Counted from the first letter of the stretch, positions 1 through 10,531 are shown. The stretch: DNA of 64,000 bases from Acidimicrobiaceae bacterium (GCA_009837445.1 VXTM01000036.1:5092-69091), one strand, 5' to 3'. Numbers and translations are program-made. Notes: generated by a model not told the origin, from the letters alone.

Positions 1-321
1 CTCATCAGGCGCATCATCGCCGAGTCCATGGAGCAACTGGACGACGACCGGCTGGCGATGGTGTCGGTGACGGGCGTGGACGTTGACCGGGACCTGCACC
101 GGGCCGTGGTGTGGTTCACGTCGCTGGGCGACACCGAAGAGGGTGACGCCGACATAGCCGAGGCCTTCGAGGAGCACGCCGGCGGGCTGCGGCGCGCCGT
201 CGGGGATCAGACCCGGCTGCGGCGCACGCCTGAGCTGGTGTTCCGCCCGGACGCGGCGCTTCGTTCGGCCGAGCGCATCGAGAGGCTGCTCGGCGGCATG
301 GACGGCGCCGCCGATCCCTAG
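1..321 (+). CDS. rbfA: 30S ribosome-binding factor A (5'-truncated by window edge)
   Basis: Frame open from base 1 (LIRRIIAESMEQLDDDRL...VSVTGVDVDRDL...RLRRTPELVFRPD); directly upstream of truB. Confidence 0.93.
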   Translation, partial: LIRRIIAESMEQLDDDRLAMVSVTGVDVDRDLHRAVVWFTSLGDTEEGDADIAEAFEEHAGGLRRAVGDQTRLRRTPELVFRPDAALRSAERIERLLGGMDGAADP

Positions 322-334
322 GGGACAGCCGGTA

Positions 335-1195
335 GTGCCCGACGGGATCGCGGTCATAGACAAGCCGCCGGGGTGGACCAGCCACGACGTGGTGGCCAAG
401 GCGAGGGGAGTGCTCGGCACCCGCAAGGTCGGGCACAGCGGCACCCTCGATCCCGACGCCACCGGCGTGCTCGTGCTCGGCGTCGGCCGGGCCACCCGGC
501 TGCTGCGGTTCCTGACCGCGCTCGCCAAGAGCTACGAGGCCGAGATCGTGCTGGGCACCGAGACCGACACCCTCGATTCGGCCGGGCGGGTGACAGCCCG
601 CCACGAGATGGCCGCCGTGACCGAGGACCAGGCCCGGCTGGCGGCCGCGTCCCTGGCCGGCGACATCCTCCAGGTGCCGCCCATGGTGTCGGCGGTGAAG
701 GTGGGAGGGCGCAGGCTCCACCAGCTGGCCAGGGAGGGGGTCGAGGTGGAGCGCGAGGCCCGGCCCGTGACCGTGCACCGCTTCGAGGTGGCGGCAGTGC
801 CCGGCTACGAGGGGGTGCTGCGCGCCGAGGTGGACTGCTCGTCGGGTACCTATGTGCGGGTGCTGGCCGCCGATCTGGGCCGCGCGCTCGGAGGGGGTGC
901 CCATCTGAGGAATCTGCGCCGCGTCGCGGTGGGAGGATTCGGGCTGGCCGAGGCCCGTCCGGTGGAGTCACCTGAGATCCTGCCAATGGCGAGGGCGGTC
1001 GAGCACCTCGATGGCGTGCGGGTCGGCCCCGCGGTGGCTGCCGATGTGACCCACGGCCGTGTGCTGGACTTGGACCGTCTCGGTGCCGTGGGCGCCGGCC
1101 CGTGGGCGGTGCACGACGCCGACGGGAGGCTGCTCGCCGTCTACGAGCGGTTCCGGACGGGAGCCAAGCCGTCGGTGGTGGTGGCGAGTGTGTGA
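335..1195 (+). CDS. truB: tRNA pseudouridine(55) synthase
   Basis: DKPPGWTSHDVV, KVGHSGTLDPDATGVL, QVPPMVSAVKVGG, CSSGTYVR motifs. Confidence 0.97.
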   Translation: MPDGIAVIDKPPGWTSHDVVAKARGVLGTRKVGHSGTLDPDATGVLVLGVGRATRLLRFLTALAKSYEAEIVLGTETDTLDSAGRVTARHEMAAVTEDQARLAAASLAGDILQVPPMVSAVKVGGRRLHQLAREGVEVEREARPVTVHRFEVAAVPGYEGVLRAEVDCSSGTYVRVLAADLGRALGGGAHLRNLRRVAVGGFGLAEARPVESPEILPMARAVEHLDGVRVGPAVAADVTHGRVLDLDRLGAVGAGPWAVHDADGRLLAVYERFRTGAKPSVVVASV

Positions 1196-1272
1196 GGTAG
1201 CGGGCAGGTCTCGGTAGCCTCACACAGGCCGGATCAGGCCCGGAACACTCACTATTCGCGCTGGAGGCGTCC

Positions 1273-2220
1273 GTGGAGTTGCTGCATGATCGGCGTGACC
1301 GGCTTCCCGTTATGGTGTCGGTCGCGGCGGCTATCGGTGTGTTCGACGGGGTGCACCTCGGGCATCGAGAGGTGCTGACCCGGGTACGGGAGACCGCCGA
1401 CCGTCTCGGGGTCTCTTCCGCGGTCGTCACCTTCGACACCCACCCGGCCTATGTGGTGCGCCCCGAGAACGCCCCCAAGCTGCTCACGACGCTCGACCAG
1501 AAGCTCGAATTGCTGGAGGCGACCGGCCTCGACTACTGCTACGTCATCGAGTTCGACGCGGCCCGCGCCGACACCCGTCCCGAGGAGTTCGTCGAGCAGG
1601 TCTTCCTCGATGCCCTCCACGCCCGGGCCGTGGTGGTGGGGGAGGACTTCCATTTCGGCAAGGGCCGCACCGGCAACGTGGCCGAGTTGCAGCGCCTCGG
1701 CCGCGATTGGGGCTTCGAAGTGGTCCCCCTCGATCTCATCCGCCACCGCAGCGACGCTCGCGAGCCGGTCTCGTCCACCGCGGTGAGGCGTGCCCTGGCG
1801 GGCGGGGACGTGGCCAAGGCGGCGGCGATGCTGGGCCGCTACTACGAGGTGCGGGGCACGGTGGTTCCCGGCGACCGGCGAGGGGTGACCGTCGGGTTTC
1901 CCACCGCCAACGTGCCCGTTCCGAAGTTCATGGCATGGCCTGCCGACGCCGTGTACGCGGGTTGGTGCACGCTGCCCGACGGCAGCCGGCAGGGCTGCGC
2001 CATCAACATCGGCCGCCGCCCCACCTTCTACGAGCACGCCGAGCAGTCCCTGCTGGAGGCTCACGTCATCGACTTCGACGGCGACCTCTACGGATGCGAG
2101 GTGCAGGTGGAGTTCGTCGACTTCCTGCGGAGCGAGCGCAAGTTCGAGGGACTGGAACAGCTCTCCGAGCAGCTGGCCATCGACGTTGCCGACGCCCGGA
2201 GCCGGCTTGGTCTGGCGTGA
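1273..2220 (+). CDS. ribF: bifunctional riboflavin kinase / FAD synthetase
   Basis: GVFDGVHLGH, VVGEDFHFG, SSTAVR, GFPTAN, LRSERKF motifs; conserved truB-ribF order. Confidence 0.96.
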   Translation: MELLHDRRDRLPVMVSVAAAIGVFDGVHLGHREVLTRVRETADRLGVSSAVVTFDTHPAYVVRPENAPKLLTTLDQKLELLEATGLDYCYVIEFDAARADTRPEEFVEQVFLDALHARAVVVGEDFHFGKGRTGNVAELQRLGRDWGFEVVPLDLIRHRSDAREPVSSTAVRRALAGGDVAKAAAMLGRYYEVRGTVVPGDRRGVTVGFPTANVPVPKFMAWPADAVYAGWCTLPDGSRQGCAINIGRRPTFYEHAEQSLLEAHVIDFDGDLYGCEVQVEFVDFLRSERKFEGLEQLSEQLAIDVADARSRLGLA

Positions 2221-2846
2221 CCGACCGGAGCTTTCCAGGGGCGCCCAGTGCGGCGCCTGAGGTGGAGCACTTCGCCGAGGCGCTGGTACCCACCCCGCAC
2301 GGCGAGTTCGTGGCCCACGTGTACCTCACGGTGGACGGCGAGCAGCACATCGCCTGCGTGATGGGTGACGTGGAGGATCCTCCGCCGCCGCTGGTGCGGG
2401 TGCATTCAGAGTGCCTCACCGGCGACGTGCTGCGGTCGCTGCGCTGCGACTGCGGGGCCCAACTCGACCATGCGCTGGCCGCCATCGCGGCCGCCGGTCG
2501 CGGCGTGCTGCTGTACATGCGGGGCCACGAGGGCCGCGGCATCGGGATCGGGCACAAGATCAGGGCCTACGCCCTGCAGGAGCACGGCCTCGACACCGTC
2601 GAGGCCAACGCGGCGCAGGGCCTGCCGGTGGACGGCCGGGTGTATGACGCTGCCGCCGCGATCCTGGCCGACCTGGGCCTGCGCGGGGTGCGGCTGCTCA
2701 CCAACAACCCGGCCAAGTGCGAGGGCCTGACCAACTGCGGGATAGAGGTGGTGGAGCGGGTGCCCATCGAGATCGATGCCGGGCCCGAGAACCTGCGCTA
2801 CCTGCAGACCAAGCGCTTCAAGCTGGGACACACTCTGAGCGACTGA
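2217..2846 (+). CDS. ribA: GTP cyclohydrolase II (stand-alone)
   Basis: VRVHSECLTGD, SLRCDCG, HEGRGIG, LLTNNPAK motifs; GTG at 2217 overlaps ribF stop. Confidence 0.93.
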   Translation: MTDRSFPGAPSAAPEVEHFAEALVPTPHGEFVAHVYLTVDGEQHIACVMGDVEDPPPPLVRVHSECLTGDVLRSLRCDCGAQLDHALAAIAAAGRGVLLYMRGHEGRGIGIGHKIRAYALQEHGLDTVEANAAQGLPVDGRVYDAAAAILADLGLRGVRLLTNNPAKCEGLTNCGIEVVERVPIEIDAGPENLRYLQTKRFKLGHTLSD

Positions 2847-2867
2847 CAGTCGTTGCTCCGGTGCTGG

Positions 2868-5408
2868 TCAGCGGTTGAGCACGGCCGCTGCGAGTCGGTC
2901 GGACTCGCGCTTTCTCAGGGCGACGTTGATGTCGAGCCGCTCGAGGTGCTGGGCTACCTGTTTGGCCCCCTGGGGCACGGGGTGTGCGGCCATGAAGTCG
3001 CGAACCTCGGCGGCGAGCTCGACCCGGTCGAGCGCGGTTAATCCCTCGAGCATCCGCGACAGCGAGTTGCTCGGGAAGGTGGTGGCAAGATCGTCCCAGC
3101 GGCTGGTGAGGAAGTCCCAGGCGTCCGGGCCGGCGTGGCGGTTGGTGAGGGCACGCCGAATCAAGTACGGGCCGTCCTGGGTGCGCACGGAGTTGTCAAG
3201 GGTGCCCTCCAGGATGGAGCGCACCAATCCGGCGTCGGGAAAGTCGGCCAGCGCGGCGAGGTGGCGCTGTTCGGTCTGCGGGTCGGACGCCTCGGTGTAA
3301 CGGCCGCGGATCCGGGCAAAGTCGCCGGCGTCTCCGTGGGCGGCCACCACGCCTAGGGCGGCCGCCGCGAGCGTGGGGTCGGGATGGTCCAGTCTCGCCC
3401 GGCACGCCGCGATGGCCGGCGAGTGATCCGCGACGGCGCCCCGCAGCCGCAGCAGCGTCGCCCGCAACTCGCCGGTGCGCTCGTCCTCCCCGCCATCGGC
3501 GGGCGGGTCCAGCCCGACGTCTCCGGCGGCGGCGTCGGAGGCGGCTGCGACCAGCTCGCAGAAGCGTCGGGCCGCCTCGCCGTCCACCAGCCGGCGGAGA
3601 TGGGCCAGCGCGCCGGCAATGGCCTGCCACACCGTGAGGTCGCGCTCTGCGGTGAAGCCCCCCAGCACCAGGTCAACGAAGGCCGGCGCGTCCAGGCGAC
3701 CGGCCAGGGTGGCGGCCCAGGCATCGTCGATGAGGCCGTGGCGCTCGTCGGGGGTGCGGTCGCCCGGCCCTGCCTGCGATACCGCCGCCAGGCTCGCTGG
3801 ATCGGGATCGTCACGGTAGAAGCCGGAGGCGCCGGCATTGAGTGTCACCGGCGGAGCTGCCGGCATGGTCAGGATCCGGCGGGGCTGGTCGAGCAGCAAC
3901 CGCAGCTCGTTCCGGTTGCCCCCGCGCTGCTGTACCCGCAGCCGTAGCGGAACCGTCCAGTCCCGCGGCTCGGCCCGGTCGGGATCGAGTGTGAAGTGGC
4001 GCTGGGAGACCTCCAGGCCGTGCTCGGTCGCGGTCGCGCTCACTGACGGATACCCGCCCTGGTAGATCCAGCCGCCCATGATCTGGCCCACGGGCTGACC
4101 CGACGCCTCGGCCAGGGCGCTCCATAGGTCCTCGGTGACGGTGTTGCCGTAGGCGTGCCGCCGCAGGTACAGCCGCACGCCGGCCCGGAACGTCTCGGCG
4201 CCGAGGTACTGCTCCAGCATGCGGACCAGGGCCGCGCCCTTCTCGTAGGTGATCACGTCGAACATGTCCTCGGCCTCGGCCGGGGAGTGCACCGGATACT
4301 CCACCGCCCGGGTGGTGCCGAGCGCATCGGTCGAGAGCGCGGAGGCCCGGCTGCGACAGAACGTCGACCACACCCGCCAGTCGGGCCGGTAGGCGTCGCT
4401 GCAGGCCGTCTCCATGAAGGTGGCGAAGGCCTCGTTCAGCCAGATGCCCTCCCACCAGGCCATGGTCACCAGATCCCCGAACCACATGTGGGCCAGTTCA
4501 TGGTTGATCACGTCGGCCACCCGCTGCAGTTCGGGCTGGCTGGCTGCGGTCTCGTCGACGAGCAGGAGCACCTCCCGGAAGGTCACGCAGCCGAGGTTCT
4601 CCATCGCGCCGAAGGCGAAGTCGGGTATGGCCACCAGGTCGAGCTTGTCGGACGGGTAGGGCAGGCCGTAGTAGTCGGAGAACCACTTCAGGGCGTGGGC
4701 GGCGACATCGAGCGCGAACCCGGTCTGGTCGCCCCGGCCGGGCCGGTGAACCACCCGCACCGGCACCCCGCCGCAGTCGATCGGATCGGTGACCTCCAGC
4801 GGTCCGACCACGAAGGCCACCAGGTAGGTCGACATCGGCATCGTGGTGGCGAACTTGACGCTCACGCGGCCATCGGGCAGAGATTCGCGGCCGGTTTCGG
4901 CCGTGTTGGAGACCGCCAGCAGGCCCTCCTGAACTACGAGCGTCGTCGCGAAGGTCGCCTTCAGTGCGGGCTCGTCGAAGCAGGGGAAGGCCCGGCGGGC
5001 GTCGGTGGACTCGAACTGGGTGGTGGCGATCGTGCGGGTTGCGCCGGAGTCGTCGGTGTAGGTGGAGCGGTAGAAGCCCTGAAGCTGGTCGTTGAGCACG
5101 CCGGTGAAGGCGATGTCCAACCGGCCCGGACCGGGCCCGAACCCGTCGTTGCCGCCGCGCCGGCTCAGCGTCAGCCTCTCGGACTCAGCATCGAGGACGG
5201 CGTCGAGCTCGACCGTCTCGTTGCCCGCGGTGACGAGCCGGGCGTTGACGATGTCCAACTCGGCCGCGTTCAGGGTGATGGTGCTCGAGGGCTCCGAGAA
5301 GTCGATGTCGATGGCGACGCTTCCGGCGAAGGCCGCTTCACCGAGGTCGGGCTCCAACTTGATGGCGTAGTGCCGGGGAACAACGCCGCCCGGAAGTCTC
5401 GGACTCAT
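2868..5408 (-). CDS. M1 family (puromycin-sensitive/aminopeptidase N-type) metallopeptidase
   Basis: GAMEN, HELAH-x18-E (WLNEAFA), YEKGA motifs; ERAP1-like C-terminal region. Confidence 0.95.
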   Translation of the reverse strand: MSPRLPGGVVPRHYAIKLEPDLGEAAFAGSVAIDIDFSEPSSTITLNAAELDIVNARLVTAGNETVELDAVLDAESERLTLSRRGGNDGFGPGPGRLDIAFTGVLNDQLQGFYRSTYTDDSGATRTIATTQFESTDARRAFPCFDEPALKATFATTLVVQEGLLAVSNTAETGRESLPDGRVSVKFATTMPMSTYLVAFVVGPLEVTDPIDCGGVPVRVVHRPGRGDQTGFALDVAAHALKWFSDYYGLPYPSDKLDLVAIPDFAFGAMENLGCVTFREVLLLVDETAASQPELQRVADVINHELAHMWFGDLVTMAWWEGIWLNEAFATFMETACSDAYRPDWRVWSTFCRSRASALSTDALGTTRAVEYPVHSPAEAEDMFDVITYEKGAALVRMLEQYLGAETFRAGVRLYLRRHAYGNTVTEDLWSALAEASGQPVGQIMGGWIYQGGYPSVSATATEHGLEVSQRHFTLDPDRAEPRDWTVPLRLRVQQRGGNRNELRLLLDQPRRILTMPAAPPVTLNAGASGFYRDDPDPASLAAVSQAGPGDRTPDERHGLIDDAWAATLAGRLDAPAFVDLVLGGFTAERDLTVWQAIAGALAHLRRLVDGEAARRFCELVAAASDAAAGDVGLDPPADGGEDERTGELRATLLRLRGAVADHSPAIAACRARLDHPDPTLAAAALGVVAAHGDAGDFARIRGRYTEASDPQTEQRHLAALADFPDAGLVRSILEGTLDNSVRTQDGPYLIRRALTNRHAGPDAWDFLTSRWDDLATTFPSNSLSRMLEGLTALDRVELAAEVRDFMAAHPVPQGAKQVAQHLERLDINVALRKRESDRLAAAVLNR

Positions 5409-5519
5409 GGCCCGACGGTACTGGCGGCACCCGCGATGTCAGCCGTCGACGATCCGGTGGCCGTGCTTCGAGGCCTGGCCCGGATTCACCAACGTCCGCC
5501 TCCGGTAGTCTTCGGCCCC

Positions 5520-6584
5520 GTGCCGCGTGCTGCCCGGAGTGGGGATCAGAACTCAGCGATCGAGGCTCGGGGCCTCGTCCGGACCTTCGGCGACAACCGG
5601 GCGGTGGACGGCGTCGATCTGAACGTTAACGCCGGCGCCATCTACGGCTTCCTGGGCCCGAACGGAGCGGGCAAGAGCACCACGGTGCGGATGCTGTGCA
5701 CCCTGCTGAAGCCCACGGCAGGGCAGGCCACGGTGGCCGGCTACGACGTGGTCGACGACCCAGGCGCGGTTCGCATCCGCATCGGAGTGGCGCTGCAGGA
5801 GGCCGCACTCGACGAGCGCCAGACGGGCCGGGAGATACTCGACCTGCAGGCCCGGCTGTACGGCCTGAGCGCGGCCGACCGGGCCGCCTCGATCGCGCGG
5901 GCCGTCGACCTTGCCGACATCGGCGACGCCATGGAGGATCGCGTCAAGACCTACAGCGGCGGCATGAGGCGCCGCCTCGACCTCGCGGCCTCGCTCATCC
6001 ACGGCCCCGAAGTGCTCTTCCTGGATGAGCCGACCACCGGCCTCGACCCGGTCAGCCGGGCTCAGGTATGGGACGAGGTGCGCCGGCTGAACGGCGAGCT
6101 CGGAGTGACGGTGTTCCTCACCACCCAGTACCTCGAGGAGGCTGACGCGCTGGCGGACCGGGTGGCCATCATCGACGGCGGCCGCATCGTCGAGGAGGGC
6201 TCGCCGACGGAGCTCAAGCGGGCTGTGGGCGCCGACGTGATCGTCGTGGACCTTCCGTCCGAGGCCATCGCGCCCGCAGCAGCGGTGGCCGGGACCGTGC
6301 CCGAGGTGGATGCCGTCACCCAGGGCCGTCGCGGCATCACCATCGCCACCGCAGACGGCGCGGCCACGGTCGGCACGGTAGCGGTTGCCCTGTCGTCGGC
6401 GGGACTGCACCCGCAGTCGCTCACGGTGCGCACGCCGTCGCTCGACGACGTGTTCCTGCTGGCCACCGGGTACCGGATGTCCGCGGTGGACTCGACTGCC
6501 ACCGGCGGCGGCGCAGCAGCCACCGGAGCGGATCCGCAGCACGCAGGCCGGGCGCCGGCGTCCCCGAGGAGCGGCCCGCCGTGA
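5520..6584 (+). CDS. ABC-2 exporter ATP-binding protein (DrrA-like); start uncertain (5436 or 5520)
   Basis: GPNGAGKST Walker A, YSGGMRRRL signature, LDEPTTGLDP Walker B. Confidence 0.9.
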   Translation: MPRAARSGDQNSAIEARGLVRTFGDNRAVDGVDLNVNAGAIYGFLGPNGAGKSTTVRMLCTLLKPTAGQATVAGYDVVDDPGAVRIRIGVALQEAALDERQTGREILDLQARLYGLSAADRAASIARAVDLADIGDAMEDRVKTYSGGMRRRLDLAASLIHGPEVLFLDEPTTGLDPVSRAQVWDEVRRLNGELGVTVFLTTQYLEEADALADRVAIIDGGRIVEEGSPTELKRAVGADVIVVDLPSEAIAPAAAVAGTVPEVDAVTQGRRGITIATADGAATVGTVAVALSSAGLHPQSLTVRTPSLDDVFLLATGYRMSAVDSTATGGGAAATGADPQHAGRAPASPRSGPP

Positions 6585-7393
6585 GCGTTCAGCGCGGAGC
6601 CCCCGCCGTGGCCGGCAGCGGCATGGTGCGTCCTGTCGGTATCTTCACCGACATCGCCACCGTGGCCCGCCGCTCGGTGCGCAGCCTGCTGCGCGAGCCC
6701 GAGGCGATGGCCCCGGCGCTGATCATCCCCACCTTCTTCTTCCTGGTCAACATCGGCGCGCTCGAGTCGTTCGTGGAGCGCTCGCCCGGCATCGACTACC
6801 GGGCGTTCCAGATACCCGTCGCCATAATCTTCGCGGTCACCGGCATCTCCCGGGCGTCGGTGCTGGTCATCGACATCCAGACCGGCTACCTCGACCGGAT
6901 GCTGGTGACGCCGGTGCGCCGGACCACGCTGCTGCTCGGCATGATGGTGGCCGACATCGTCCTGGCCATCTCGCTGTCGCTGGTCGTGATCGCCATGGGT
7001 TTCGTGGCGGGCGTTCGCTTCGAGACCGGGCTGCTGGGGATCCTGGTCTTCCTGGGGTTGGCGGTGGCATGGAGCCTGTCCTTCACCGGATTCCCGTACA
7101 CGGTGGCCCTGCGAACCGGGAACCCGGCCGCGGTCAACTCGTCGTTCCTGATCTTCTTCCCCTTCGCCTTCTTGACGCCCGCGTACCTGCCGCGGGAGCT
7201 CATGACGGGTTGGATGCAGACTGTGGCCGCCTGGAACCCGGTGACCTATCTGCTGGAGGGAATGCGCTCGCTGCTGTCGGAGGGCTGGGATGTCGTCGCC
7301 ATCGGCAAGGGGGCTGCGGCCATCGGCGGCTTGGGCCTCGTCACGTTCGTGATGGCCTTCCGCTCCCTGGCCCGCCGGGTGGCCACCGGCTGA
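6581..7393 (+). CDS. ABC-2 type exporter permease
   Basis: About 6 TM segments, WNPVTYLLEGMR motif; overlaps ATPase stop. Confidence 0.9.
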   Translation: MSVQRGAPAVAGSGMVRPVGIFTDIATVARRSVRSLLREPEAMAPALIIPTFFFLVNIGALESFVERSPGIDYRAFQIPVAIIFAVTGISRASVLVIDIQTGYLDRMLVTPVRRTTLLLGMMVADIVLAISLSLVVIAMGFVAGVRFETGLLGILVFLGLAVAWSLSFTGFPYTVALRTGNPAAVNSSFLIFFPFAFLTPAYLPRELMTGWMQTVAAWNPVTYLLEGMRSLLSEGWDVVAIGKGAAAIGGLGLVTFVMAFRSLARRVATG

Positions 7394-7485
7394 CAGCAGA
7401 GCCATCGGTCGGCCGCTCGGCGACGCTGCTGAAGAACTCCCGACCCGCACCGGCCTACTGTCTGGTGCAACCCGTGGGAGGCCCG

Positions 7486-8478
7486 TTGGAACCTGTACTC
7501 GATGTCGTGGGCGTCGGCAACGCCATCGTCGATGTGATTGCGGCGGTCGACGAGCCGTTCATCGCAGACCACGGCCTGGTGAAAGGGGCCATGACCCTGG
7601 TCAGCGCCGAGAGGTCCGCCGCGCTCTATGACGCCATGCCAGCCGGGATCGCTGCATCCGGCGGCTCGGCGGCCAACACCATGGCCGGCGTGGCCTCCCT
7701 GGGCGGCCGGGCCGGCTTCATTGGCAAGGTGCGCGACGATCAACTGGGCGAGGTGTTCGTGCACGACATCCGGGCGACGGGTGTCGCCTTCGACGTGGCG
7801 CCCGCGCCGGAGGGCCCTCCGACCGCCCGCTGCCTGATCCAGGTGACCCCCGATGCCGAGCGGACCATGAACACCTTTCTGGGCATTGCGGCCTTGCTGG
7901 GGCCAGCCGATGTGGACACCGGTGCGGTGGCCTCGGCCGGCATCACCTACTGCGAGGGCTATCTCTGGGACGTGCAGGTGGCCAAGGACGCTATCCGGCT
8001 GGCCATGGAGGCCGCGGGCGAGGCCGGCCGGACCGTGGCGCTGGCCCTGAGCGACCCCTACTGTGTGGAGCGCCACCTTGACGAGTGGCTGGACCTCATC
8101 GACGACCGCGTCGATGTGGTGTTCGCCAACGAGGCCGAGGTGTGCGCTCTGCACTCGACGGACGATCCGGCTGCGGCCCGGGACCGCACGGCTGAGATGG
8201 CCCGAACCGTGGTTGTCACCCGCGGTGCTCGGGGCTCGGTCGTGGCCGAGGGCGCCACGGTGGTGGAGGTCGCCGCGGTTCCTGTCGAGCACGTGGTGGA
8301 CGCCACCGGCGCGGGTGATATGTACGCCGCAGGCTTCCTGTGGGGCCTCAGCCAGGGCGCGCCCCTCACCCGCTGCGCAGAGCTGGCAAGCCTGGCCGCG
8401 GCAGAGGTGGTCGGCCATGTGGGTGCCCGTCCCCAGGTCGAGCTGTCACAGCTCGCGAGGGCGAGGGGGCTCGCCTAG
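7486..8478 (+). CDS. PfkB family carbohydrate kinase (adenosine kinase-like)
   Basis: GNAIVDV, SGGSAANT, ERTMNTFLG, DATGAGDMYAAGFL; TTG start after GGAGG. Confidence 0.88.
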   Translation: MEPVLDVVGVGNAIVDVIAAVDEPFIADHGLVKGAMTLVSAERSAALYDAMPAGIAASGGSAANTMAGVASLGGRAGFIGKVRDDQLGEVFVHDIRATGVAFDVAPAPEGPPTARCLIQVTPDAERTMNTFLGIAALLGPADVDTGAVASAGITYCEGYLWDVQVAKDAIRLAMEAAGEAGRTVALALSDPYCVERHLDEWLDLIDDRVDVVFANEAEVCALHSTDDPAAARDRTAEMARTVVVTRGARGSVVAEGATVVEVAAVPVEHVVDATGAGDMYAAGFLWGLSQGAPLTRCAELASLAAAEVVGHVGARPQVELSQLARARGLA

Positions 8479-8482
8479 CGAG

Positions 8483-8926
8483 ATGGTCACGATCAGGGTC
8501 TCGACGGTGGTACCGGCCGCTCCCGCGGCGGTGTGGGAGGACTTGCGCCATATCGGCCGCCATGTCGACTGGATGAGCGACGCCGAGTCGATCCGCATCC
8601 TTACCGAGGACACCGAGGGCGTCGGGGTTCGCTTCGATTGCGTCACCAGGATCGGGCCCGTGCGGCTCACCGACCACATGGAGGTCACCGACTGGCGCGA
8701 GGGCGAGGTCATGGGAATCAGGCACTCCGGGGTGGTGTCCGGTACTGGGCAGTTCCGGTTGTCCGCCTGCGAAGGCCCGGAGGGCGCCGTCTACACCCGC
8801 TTCGAGTGGACCGAGTCGCTCCGGTTCGGGTGGTGGATGGGAGGCCGCGTCGGAGCCGCTCTCGCCCGCCCAGCGCTGCGGGCCGTTTGGGCGAGGAACC
8901 TTCGCAGGTTCGCCGTCCGATTCTGA
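8483..8926 (+). CDS. SRPBCC/polyketide cyclase family protein
   Basis: APAAVWEDL...WM N-terminal pattern, 147 aa, C-terminal helix. Confidence 0.75.
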   Translation: MVTIRVSTVVPAAPAAVWEDLRHIGRHVDWMSDAESIRILTEDTEGVGVRFDCVTRIGPVRLTDHMEVTDWREGEVMGIRHSGVVSGTGQFRLSACEGPEGAVYTRFEWTESLRFGWWMGGRVGAALARPALRAVWARNLRRFAVRF

Positions 8927-9024
8927 CCGTCGACCGGACCGGCGTGCGCCAAGAGGCCCTGTGGGCCATTGGCTTCGGTCAAGGCAACTAATACACTTAC
9001 ACATAATGCAAGGATATCTCACAC

Positions 9025-9037
9025 AATAACGGTTATT
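9025..9037. promoter_or_regulatory. palindromic candidate operator in AT-rich promoter of the TetR gene
   Basis: AATAAC-G-GTTATT just upstream of the TetR start, within an AT-rich stretch. Confidence 0.4.
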
Positions 9038-9041
9038 ATCA

Positions 9042-9626
9042 GTGGGCAGCACAGACGTCACCGAACGGCTGCTGGACGCCGCGGTCGAAGTGTTCGCCGA
9101 GCATGGGTTCGAGGCTGCTCGCGTCGCTGAGATCGCCCGCCGCGCCGACCTCACCACCGGCGCGATCTACGCGCGGTGGCCGGGCAAGCGCGATCTGATC
9201 GTCGCGGCCGTCCGCCACATCGTCGCGCAATGCGTGCACGCCTCGTCGGCGGTCGCGGCAACGCCCGGCAAGGAAGTGCTCGCGGTCCTCGGCGACGACC
9301 TCTCGACGGCCCGCGACGTCCGCATCCGGGAGGTGGTGCTCGAGGCGATGGTCAGTGCCCGGCGCGACGACAGCTTCCGCGCCGCGGTCTCTGACGCGAT
9401 GAGCGAGGAGAGGGCGAGCTTGAGCTCGATCGTCGCGCGAGGCAAGACCGAGGGTTCCATCGACCCTGCACTCAGCACGCCGGCCATCGTGGCGCTCTGC
9501 CAGTGCCTGGGCCTCGGAAGGCACCTGGCGGTGTCGGACGAGCTCGCGAGCGGCCGTGTCAAGGCCGGTGACTGGGATGCGCTGGTGTCACGGCTGATGG
9601 CCGCCTTGAGCCCCGCCGCGGGCTGA
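9042..9626 (+). CDS. TetR/AcrR family transcriptional regulator
   Basis: LLDAAVEVFAEHGF...IARRADLTTGAIYARW HTH. Confidence 0.93.
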   Translation: MGSTDVTERLLDAAVEVFAEHGFEAARVAEIARRADLTTGAIYARWPGKRDLIVAAVRHIVAQCVHASSAVAATPGKEVLAVLGDDLSTARDVRIREVVLEAMVSARRDDSFRAAVSDAMSEERASLSSIVARGKTEGSIDPALSTPAIVALCQCLGLGRHLAVSDELASGRVKAGDWDALVSRLMAALSPAAG

Positions 9627-9669
9627 GCGCCCGGGCTCCGGGTCCCCCTGGCCCGGCTAGCCTGCGGTC

Positions 9670-10509
9670 GTGGGTTACCAGTGCTTTGAGGTGGATGAGT
9701 CCGATCGGATCGCGCACTTGCGCCTCAGCCGTGGCGAGCAGCTCAACACCATGATCCCGGAGTTCTGGTCTGAGCTGCCCGCGATCGTCGACGAGATCTC
9801 CGACGCCGGGCGGGCGCGGGTCATCGTGCTGTCGGCGGAGGGGCGCCACTTCTGCGCCGGCATGGACCTGTCGGTGTTCGCCGGCGACTCCAAGCTCGAG
9901 GGCGAGTCGACCGAGATCGGCCGCCGTCGAGCGAACGTGCGACTCAACCTGCTGCATCTGCAGCGCTCGTTCACCGCGCTGGAGCAGGCCCGCATGCCGG
10001 TGCTGGCCGCCATCCACGGAGCCTGCGTGGGCGGCGCGGTCGACCTGGTGACCGCGGCCGACTGCCGCTACGCCACCGCCGACGCCTGGTTCTCCGTGCA
10101 CGAGATCAACATCGGCATGGCCGCCGACGTCGGCACCCTTCAGCGCCTGCCCAAGCTCATCCCGCCCGGCGTGGCCCGCGAGTACGCATACACCGGCAGA
10201 CGCATGCCGGCGACACGGGCTCGCGAGCTGGGTCTGGTCAACGAGGTATTCGATGACCGGGACTCGATGATGGAGGCGGTGATGGCAATAGCCGGGGAGA
10301 TCGCGTCCAAGTCGCCGCTGGCGATGCACGGCACCAAGGAGGCGCTCAACTACAGCCTGGACCACACGGTGGAGGACTCGCTGCGCCACATCGCGCTCTG
10401 GCAGTCGGGGATGCTCCACCCCCAGGATCTCGCCGAGTCGTTCACGGCCCAGTCCGAGGGACGCCAGCCCTCCTACGAAGACCTTCCCGAGGTGCGGCGC
10501 GGCCTGTGA
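9670..10509 (+). CDS. enoyl-CoA hydratase/isomerase (delta3,5-delta2,4-dienoyl-CoA isomerase-like)
   Basis: FCAGMDL, HGACVGG, IGMAADVGTLQRLP motifs. Confidence 0.9.
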   Translation: MGYQCFEVDESDRIAHLRLSRGEQLNTMIPEFWSELPAIVDEISDAGRARVIVLSAEGRHFCAGMDLSVFAGDSKLEGESTEIGRRRANVRLNLLHLQRSFTALEQARMPVLAAIHGACVGGAVDLVTAADCRYATADAWFSVHEINIGMAADVGTLQRLPKLIPPGVAREYAYTGRRMPATRARELGLVNEVFDDRDSMMEAVMAIAGEIASKSPLAMHGTKEALNYSLDHTVEDSLRHIALWQSGMLHPQDLAESFTAQSEGRQPSYEDLPEVRRGL

Positions 10510-10531
10510 GCCGGTGCCGCTGCCGGCGCTA

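Noticed and set aside
4155-6584. 809-aa ORF as a fused ABC ATPase
   Set aside because: The N-terminal part is the antisense shadow of the M1 peptidase; the real gene starts at about 5436-5520
6385-8478. 697-aa ORF
   Set aside because: The upstream part is an off-frame overlap with the permease; the kinase starts at about 7486
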